Assembly (NCBI GenBank): GCA_051362555.1
Contig: CM120645.1
Location: 3,658,001-3,722,000 of the forward strand
From: Lingula anatina
Lineage: Eukaryota; Animalia; Brachiopoda
Reading direction: 5' to 3'
Length of the DNA: 64,000 bases
Shown here: positions 56,269 through 64,000 of the stretch, one piece after another
Numbering within the stretch: the first letter of the stretch is position 1
Layout of the letters: the number at the start of each line of letters is the position of its first letter
The notes under the pieces: model-generated
Database searches by the model: none
What the model was told of the DNA's origin: nothing
Seen by the model: the letters and a program-made list of their open reading frames with translations, nothing else
Program-made: the position numbers and the translations under genes

Positions 56269-56541
56269 ATCCCTATATTGATCTTTATTGAGTAGTACAT
56301 GTACTTTCCCTGCTTTAGTCTAGACATTATATAATGTATATCAAACTGTATATGGTAATCACTCTGCGGATTACTTCTTGTATTTGTATTTGATCATGCC
56401 CGGATGTAGGGCGATAGTCAATAAACTTCTGATCTGATCTGATCCGTTCGTGTGCTGACCCACTTAGGTCGGACTAACAATAACCATTATAACAATATGG
56501 AGGGCGGACTTTCTGTCACATGGACCCTCAGTTTCATGACA
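55246..56541. mobile_element. Ginger1-like MITE copy split by a 1.1-kb insertion
   Basis: CCGG|TGTCATG...CATGACA|CCGG. The halves 55246-55336 and 56457-56541 align to the intact copy at 32365-32534. Confidence 0.8.
55337..56456. mobile_element. 1.1-kb insertion with short AGCACA...TGTGCT ends and a 9-bp TSD
   Basis: GACCCACTT is duplicated at 55328-55336 and 56457-56465. The insert contains poly-T (56220-56264) and a LINE-like 3' tail aataaacttctgatctgatctgatc (~56420-56444). Confidence 0.65.
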
Positions 56542-58960
56542 CCGGGGCTAGTTGGCCCAGTTAGACACTTTAGGCCTTGTGGAGCCAACCAGGAATGAGT
56601 TAGGGTAACAAATCCGGTTTCATAGTAAGCCCCATGAACTAAGCTATGTATGCAACGTCATTTTTCAAATGTAATGCCAGATGGCTCACGGGGCAAGTTG
56701 GCCCCCTATACGTAAATGAAGTAAGCATCCCATTTAAACGCCTTGAAATACATTTTCACACAATTTTTAATTTATCAAATTGTTTTTTAAGAGTCTTTGA
56801 AGAACAAATAGTTCAAATGAAGCAGATTTAAATTATTGAGGTTTCCGTATACGTCTCGCTTTATGTGTTGCAAGAACTAAAATATCTATTAATAAAACTT
56901 TTTTTGTTTCAATTAAGAATAAATTTATAATGGCATAAAGCATGTTTTTAATGAATGAAAATGAATAATAAATTTTCGTTGTTAAGGAAACTAACAAATT
57001 CACGTTTAAGCTGGTCATTATTTAACAAACCATTGAGTTTATATTTCAACAATGGTCTGTAGCTCTGTTGCGCGCAAAGGATAGTGGTCAATATGAGGGA
57101 CCAACTTGCCCGGGTGCACATTTTTTTAGTTTCAAGGATTGCAGCTATTTATGGTGCTAGAATGAACAACGATGATTCTGTGTAACTTGAAACACTGAGC
57201 TTCAGTTTGATGCCATACACGGTACGTATAGGGGAGACCAGGGCTTTTTGGCCCATTTAAACACTTTTGGCCTTGTAGAGCTAACTGGGCATAATTGGTT
57301 TTAAAGTAAGCGCCATGAAGTAAGCTACGTATGCAACGTCGTTATTTTTCAAATATAATGTCAGATGGTTTACAATTTGACTAAAAACACTATTGACGTC
57401 GCGGGGCAAGTTGGCCAATTTACTGTCCTTGTTTAAGGCTGTTAGACATGGTTTCCAGTTGATGTGTTTAAAAGAACCTTGATACAGGAGACCTAGATTA
57501 TGATCTCAAATAAAGATGTACTCTTGCTTTTTTCTACAGCTCTCAGTTTCAACAGTTTTGAAATTATCAAAAACAGGCCTTTTTCCTGTGTGCATGAAAA
57601 AGTGTGCGTGTGTGCATGAAGAAGTGTGTGTGCTTGCACATGGGTTGCAATCAACTGACTGTCTTTTGAAGATACCCATATAAATTTCAAAATTCCTATT
57701 ATAGTATCATAACAGGTAAAAACTAATGACAGATAAATGTGCAAAGCTCAAATATAATCCATTTCATGCAGTTAAAATACAGGTAATAAAATACAGGTAA
57801 TAAGCTAACTAATACTGATGGCACACTGAGACAATGGCAGGAGACTATTGATTATTCATTGAGATCTAGGGAGAAATTAAAACATCAAATCTGGACCACA
57901 TTGCATTTATCTATTTTTTATGTGCATGTGTATAAGTATACGTTCAGTAAACAAGATGTTTTAAATGCCTTCTAACATATACTTTGACTACAATGCTTTG
58001 TGAAATATTAAGATAATTGACTTTTTTCTGAAAGCTTGTTTTAAAAATGATTGTCAATAAATAAATTTTCAAATATTTAATAAAAAATAAACTTATTCCA
58101 CAGATTTATTTGATTTATTTTAATAATACTGGTGCTCTCTTTGAATGAATGAACAAAGTAAACATTGAAAATGAAAATCAAAATTTACAATTTTATATAA
58201 AAATCACAATTTTACCAAAAGACATAATTTAAATATAAATAATAATTAGTAGTTTCATGAACATTGTGAATTATTCAAAAAATACTGTAAATCATGAAAA
58301 TTAGACAAAGAAGTGAAAGGGTTTCAGCTAAGAGGAGAACTTCTAGCTACTTAATATTTGAAACACCTAATCAGAAAAGAAATTTCTAACCCATTTAAAA
58401 GTTAACAGGTAAAAATATTTGAGAGAAAAACAGCCTTATTTCAGAATAATATTGTTCAAGATTTGTCCTTTCATATCAACTACATATTACCAGAAAACTA
58501 AAGTATGACATGACAAGAAGCAGCAAAATGACACATTTTCTAATGGCCTATAGCAGATTAGTGATCAGGGTCCCGTTTCAAGAAGCAGTCGTTGGTTAGA
58601 ACAACTAACTACTGAACTATCGCGCTAACGATACGGATCGGGACTAAAACCTTGAGTACCGCCAGCGTTCACGCTGGTGGTAATAATAAGTGATAGCTTT
58701 TGATGTCCCACCCAGTCTGCACAGATTAAAACTCCAAACTTTAGTCCCGATCCGTATCGTAAGGCTCCGCCGAGTGGAGTGGGATAAAAGTCACCGTTAC
58801 CGCTTCTCCTCCTAGACTGCATGGGCCTGTGTGCCCATCTTTTGGATTTAGGTCACATATAATCTAAACTTGAACCCCCTTTTTTTTCTCAGTCGGTGCA
58901 TTTGCCTGTGCCTGGGCGTGACGCTCGATGAAATGCACCCTTGTTAATTTTTTTGAAATT

Positions 58961-59238
58961 CAATGCTATATATCTCCCAAACTGAAGGAATTATGGGAAA
59001 AATTAGTACAGAAGTTTGACCGAAAGTCATATATGAGGATTTCAAATATACCCTTGGACCTTTGACCTTTATTTCAAGGGGAAAAAGGCCAAAATTTTCA
59101 ATGCTATATATCTCCCAAACTGAAGGAATTATCGGAAAAATTAGTACAGAAGTTTGACCGAAAGTCATATATGAGGATTTCAAATATACCCTTGGACCTT
59201 TGACCTTTATTTCAAGGGGAAAAAGGCCAAAATTTTCA
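58961..59238. repeat. Near-perfect 138-bp tandem duplication in the left arm of the fold-back element
   Basis: caatgctatatatctcccaaactgaagg starts at both 58961 and 59099. The right arm has only one copy. Confidence 0.9.
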
Positions 59239-60026
59239 AAAAAGGGGAATTTTTTACGAAAAAAAAATTATTTGCGCTGATATTCAGAAACTACACAAAC
59301 CTAAACTATAATATTATTGGCAGTTGTTACCCTTCATGTTATCTTTTTCATCTCTGTGAGTTTGTGGTCAATCGGTGCATTTTCACCAAAGGTGCGGCCA
59401 TTAGATGCCGAAACATAAAACTCTCTCTAATTCTGGAACCGTTTAATGCAAGAGGCCTCTTGTTTTTTTTTTTTTTTTTTTTTATCTGATAAAGCATGTC
59501 AAGCCCAACACTGGAAGTGGTCTCCGTTTTTTTTTTTCATACGGTTTACAAGTTAAGATGTATCAAAAAGTACTGTGGTGGTGAAAGTAAAATGTACAAT
59601 GCGGTAATATGTTTAAAAAATTTGAACGCTTGGAAAAGATAACATAAGGCTTGGCCAGGCAGACAACTTCTGGTCAAAAATGACATTATTTCATGAAATT
59701 TGAATATCTGGAACTTCCGATCCGAGCACCTCCCATTTTAGGAATTTCAACCAAAATGACCTTTTCCTTATTTCAATTAATTTATTTTGTAGGAAATGTA
59801 TGGCATATTACTGTAACTCCAAAACTGTAACATTTAGCCCCTTATATCTCCAAAACTGGCAGAGATAGGTCCATAGTTTCTATTAAAGTTGAATAGGAAG
59901 TCATATACTGGCAATTTACCCACCACCAATAACACCACCACCAGTCTTGTGCTTGACAAGCTGTAAAAAATGCAATCAACAAGAATTCCCAAAATATGCA
60001 AAAAATATAGAACTAAAATGGTACAA

Positions 60027-60690
60027 TCAAAGTTCAGTTCATCGTAAGGTAGGTCAAAGGTCAATTTCAAGGTCACAGTAAATTGCCTCTAAGGACTAAA
60101 TATTCAAGTTGGCAAACTTTGTTCCCTTTAATCTCCATAACTAGCAGAGATAGGTCCATATTTACCTATGAGATGAGATTGCCAGTATATTTTTTCCTAT
60201 TCAAGATCAATGGTAACTATGGGCCTATCTCTGCCAGTTTTGGTGATAAAAGGGTATCAAAATTTGCAAAGTTCAATTCATGATGAAAAGCAGGTCAAAG
60301 GTCAATTTCAAGGTCAGAGTAAGATTGCCAGTATATGACTTCCTATTCAAGATCAATAGTAACTATGGATCTATCTCTGCCAGTTTTGGAGATAAAAGGG
60401 AACGAAAATTTGCAAAGTTCAGTTCATGGTGAAAAGTAGGTCAAAGGTCAATTTAAAGGTCACAGTTAATTGCCTCTTATGACTTTCTATTCAAATTCAA
60501 TAGTAACTATGGGCGTATCTCTGCCAGTTTGGGAGATAAAAGGGAACCAAAATTTTCAAAGTTCAATTCATGATGAAAAGTAGGTCAAAGGTCAATTTCA
60601 AGGACACATTTAGATTGCCAGTATATGACTTCCTATTCAAGTTCAATAGTAACTATGGACCTATCTCTGCCAGTTTTGGAGACATAAGGG
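60027..60690. repeat. ~145-bp satellite-like tandem repeats (about 4 units, first irregular)
   Basis: AGGTCAAAGGTCAattt recurs at 60051, 60292, 60438 and 60582. ctatctctgccagttt recurs at similar spacing. Confidence 0.85.
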
Positions 60691-62448
60691 ACTAAATGTT
60701 ATAATTTTGGAGTTACAATAATGTGCCATAAATTTCCTACAAAAAAATTAATTAAAATAAAGAAAAGGTCATTTTGCTTGAAATTCTTGAAATGAGAGGT
60801 GCTCAGAAGTTCCAGATGTTCAAATTTCATGAAATAATGTCATTTTTAACCAGAAATTGTCTGCCTTGCCAAACCTTATGTTTTATTTTTCCGGGGTTCA
60901 AAATGTATTATCCATTACCGTACTGCACATTTTGCTTTCACCACCAATATGTACTTTTTGATACAGCGTAACTCAAAAACCGTATGGAATACAAAAAAAA
61001 AAAAACGGAGACCACTCTCAGTGTTGGGCTTTACATGCTCTACAAAATGCAAAAAAGAAAGGGTCTCTAGCATTAACGGTTCAATAATTAGAGACAGTTT
61101 TCAGTTTCGGTATCTTAAGGCCGCTACTCCCGTGAAAATGCACCGATTGACCCCAAATTCACAGAGATGAAAGATGACCCGAAGGGTAACACTTTCCAAT
61201 AATATTATTGGTTAAGTGTGTGTGGTGTCTGAATAACAGCGCAAATAATTTTTTTCCGAAAAAAATTTTTTTTTTTTTTTGAAAATTTTGGCCAGTTTGA
61301 CCTTGAAATAAAGGTTAAAGGTCAAATCCAAGGGCATATTTGAAATCTACACATATGACTTTTGGAAAGCCGTCTGTAGAAATTTTTCCCATAATTCCTC
61401 CCGTAGGGTAGATAATTAGCATTTGATTTTGCCATTTTTGGACAAGGGTGCATTGCAATGAGTGCCACACCTAGACCCCAATACCGACATAGCCTAAATT
61501 TTACGTGGAACGAGTTGAGATTATAGGTGACCTAAATCCAAGAGATAGGTACGCAGGCCCTAGTAGCTAGTCTAGGAGGAGAAGCGGTAACGGTGACTTG
61601 GCGGCGGAGCCGCAGGAGCCGGCAGAGCCGGCGGAACATACGGGTCGGGACTAAAACCATGTGTACCGCCAGCGCCTACGTTGGTGGTACAATCAGTTAG
61701 TATTTATACCATTACTGTAATAAAACAATGTTAGAATAGTTTTGTGCAAGATAAAGAAACTTTTTAGTGTTAAAACACCTGCTTTTTCTATTGAGTAAGG
61801 ACATTGAACCCTTTTTTTATCTGCTCAATTTTTTTCAGAAAACCTTTACACTTGTCCATATCCACATTATATCCCGTGAGGTAAAAAAAATGCTGCCTTA
61901 TGCACAAATATTTAACTTTCACATAAAGCAAAAGTGGTTAAAATGCACCAAAGTAATGGATGTTATTATTTGCATCCTGTGCCAAATGAAGAGTAGTTCC
62001 CTCAGATTTCTGTATGTTTCTTAAAATCTCTACAAGATATTTCCAAATTGTCACTCAGTAGCAGCCATACAATACAATTGCATGTTGGTGGAGGACCCCA
62101 GGAAATAATTAAATGTAATTTTTGACAATAAATTGTACATATCAAAGTACTAAATATAACTTTGTGGAACAAAAGAACTGTACCTGCTACTTTTTTTTTT
62201 ACCAATTTATCATTTTGTAATTTCAGGTTACAAGAGTGTGCAAGGACCAAAAATATGGTTTTAGGATTGAGCTAATCATTTTTAGTTACCTCCTATTTAA
62301 AGCAAATGTTTCCTATCAGGGGAGAGGTGGAATCCTGTTTTAAGTTGGCGATAAACATAACTACCCACTAAAACATTCAAATAGTTTTCACTATGAACAT
62401 AAACATATAGAGCAGTGACACCTCTTCCTACTGTTCCATTCCTGAGAC

Positions 62449-64000
62449 ATGGCTTACAGACAAGTTGTAGCAGGTGGAGAGAGTCTTCATCTCTTACATA
62501 AGCTACAGTTGTCTCCACAATCCAAGACACCAGACACTGTGCTGGAATGGACTAAGCTTGATATAAACAATGTTGGTATAGACAACTTACCAGAGTCCAT
62601 TGACAGGTGTGCAAATGTTCAGAATATATCTGCAGTATATAACAGGTTATCTTCTTTACCACAGTCCATATCCAACCTCCCACATCTCACAGTGTTGGAC
62701 CTATCCAGCAATGCCTTCAATACATTCCCCATAGCACTGTGTGGCTTGACTAACCTACAGGAACTGTTCCTGTCACACAACCAGATATCTGACATACCAG
62801 TGGATATCAGCAGGTTGAAGGTGCTCAGAATATTCTCCCTCTCTAACAATGCCTTTACTACATTCCCCATAGCACTTTGTAGCTTGACTGACCTAAAGGA
62901 GCTGTTCCTGTTAAATAACCAGCTATCTGACATACCAGAGGATATCACCAGGTTGAAGGTGCTCAGAATATTCAAGCTCCATAACAATGCCTTCACTACA
63001 TTCCCCATAGCACTGTGTGGTTTGACTAACTTAGTGGTGCTGCACCTGTCAGAAAACCAGCTATCTGACATACCAGTGGATATCACCAGGTTGAAGGTGC
63101 TCAGAATATTCAAGCTCCATAACAATGCCTTCACTACATTCCACACAGCACTGTGTGGTTTGACTAACCTAGAGAAGCTGCACCTGTCATACAACCAGGT
63201 ATCTGACATACCAGGGGATATCACCATGTTGACAAAACTTGAGGGACTTTACCTGTCAGACAATAACATCACTCACCTGCCACCTCAAATAAAGAATATG
63301 GAAAGTCTTAGACGACTAAATGTGATTGGTAATCCTTTGGTACAACCACCTATACATATTGCCGAGAGGGGACTAGGTGCCATCAAGAGGTATTTTGAGG
63401 CATTAACTGTCACCAAGGCAATCCAGTCAAGTAGAATACAGGTCAACTTACTTGGTGAAACAGAAGCAGGAAAAACTAGCATTTCACGCACACTGCAAAA
63501 TGGAAAGTCTACCCTTACAAAGATGGCAGACAGGACAAGAGTGGTGGAGCAGGGATTATGGGAGGCTCATGAAGATGAGACTGACCTGAATATTGGCTTC
63601 AACATCAATGACTTTGGTGGACATGACATCTACAAAATAGGACATCCCATTTTTATTAACAAATGTGGCTTGGTTTTCATCACTTTTGATCTGTCGAAAT
63701 ATGACCGAGAAGACAAGGCTCATTACCAGCTCTACATTGGACACTGGATTGACAAGGTGCAGGCACAGATGCCAGAAATACAAATAGCTCTAATTGGAAC
63801 TCATCTTGATGAGGTAGAAATCCAACATGTAGAAAACATGTGTTCTGCTATAAACAAGCAACATGAAGACCACATAAACAAAAAGAAGCAGTGGTATCTA
63901 GAGCAAAAGGAGAGCATTGAGAAGAGAATAAGAGAAACACCTGAAACCCAAGCATCTCTCCAACAGGCCTATCAAAGCAAATCAGATAAACTGCAGACCT
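62449..64000 (+). CDS. ROCO-family LRR-Roc GTPase (MFHAS1/MASL1-like), 3'-partial
   Basis: Open frame from gacATGg at 62449 (in-frame TGA at 62443) to the window end with no stop. About 11-12 LRRs, GNPLVQPP cap, P-loop GETEAGKTS (63454-63480), G2 T in DRTRVV, G3 DFGGH (63610), HPIF, G4 GTHLD (63796), then a helical charged segment. Candidate 5'UTR acceptor tttcag| at 62226. The COR domain is not visible in the window. Confidence 0.93.
   Translation, partial: MAYRQVVAGGESLHLLHKLQLSPQSKTPDTVLEWTKLDINNVGIDNLPESIDRCANVQNISAVYNRLSSLPQSISNLPHLTVLDLSSNAFNTFPIALCGLTNLQELFLSHNQISDIPVDISRLKVLRIFSLSNNAFTTFPIALCSLTDLKELFLLNNQLSDIPEDITRLKVLRIFKLHNNAFTTFPIALCGLTNLVVLHLSENQLSDIPVDITRLKVLRIFKLHNNAFTTFHTALCGLTNLEKLHLSYNQVSDIPGDITMLTKLEGLYLSDNNITHLPPQIKNMESLRRLNVIGNPLVQPPIHIAERGLGAIKRYFEALTVTKAIQSSRIQVNLLGETEAGKTSISRTLQNGKSTLTKMADRTRVVEQGLWEAHEDETDLNIGFNINDFGGHDIYKIGHPIFINKCGLVFITFDLSKYDREDKAHYQLYIGHWIDKVQAQMPEIQIALIGTHLDEVEIQHVENMCSAINKQHEDHINKKKQWYLEQKESIEKRIRETPETQASLQQAYQSKSDKLQT
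62710..63230 (+). repeat. Coding tandem repeat: 138-nt (46-aa, two-LRR) unit, about 3.8 copies
   Basis: AATGCCTT starts at 62710, 62848, 62986 and 63124, an exact 138-nt period. Confidence 0.95.

Larger units (their letters stand above)
55233..56708. mobile_element. TA-flanked GGGG...CCCC element (Tc1/mariner-pogo-like MITE) hosting nested insertions; related copy from ~57229
   Basis: Removing the insert at CCGG rebuilds taggggagaccggggctagttggccca, colinear with taggggagaccagggctttttggccca at 57229. Ends ggggcaagttggcccccTA. Confidence 0.55.
58740..61693 (+). mobile_element. ~2.95-kb non-autonomous Helentron-like fold-back element
   Basis: Subterminal IRs TTTAGTCCCGATCCGTAT (58740) and ATACGGGTCGGGACTAAA (61638-61655), followed by a 3' hairpin gtaccgccagcg-ccta-cgttggtggtac (61663-61690). 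Long inverted arms ~58740-59915 and ~60614-61655, with central ~145-bp tandem repeats. Confidence 0.75.

Noticed and set aside
23600-58600. Hidden protein-coding genes among the many 60-120 aa ORFs
   Set aside because: None shows a recognisable domain or a consistent exon chain. Small exons cannot be excluded without RNA-seq or homology searches.
58961-59238. 138-bp duplication with the same period as the ROCO LRR cassette, a possible donor cassette
   Set aside because: No sequence similarity to the LRR unit and no LRR translation. It belongs to the fold-back element arm, so the equal period looks coincidental.
62619-63227. 202-aa minus-strand repetitive ORF
   Set aside because: Antisense shadow of the ROCO LRR repeats. 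The plus frame carries the LRR and GTPase motifs.

Overview
AT-rich eukaryotic (metazoan, probably marine invertebrate) genomic DNA with spliceosomal introns, microsatellites and many transposon relics; no prokaryotic features. Four protein-coding genes are supported: (1) the last four exons of AUH (methylglutaconyl-CoA hydratase), 417-2715 (+); (2) a divergent class A GPCR, 8554-10592 (+), whose TM7/NPxxY exon joins in frame only through a GC-AG intron; (3) a convergent melanocortin/MECA-like orphan GPCR with an intronless CDS and no DRY motif, 21992-23323 (-); (4) an LRR-Roc (ROCO, MFHAS1-like) gene from 62449 (+) that runs off the window end and is missing from the ORF track. Its LRRs are recent 138-nt cassettes that differ mainly at the predicted ligand-facing positions. 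I found no coding exons in the ~39 kb between genes 3 and 4. It holds non-autonomous DNA transposons (CMC/EnSpm-, Ginger1-, hAT- and Harbinger-like), a nested insertion stack at 54.6-57.4 kb, and a ~3 kb Helentron-like fold-back element just upstream of the ROCO gene. All alignments, counts and identity figures were made by eye.
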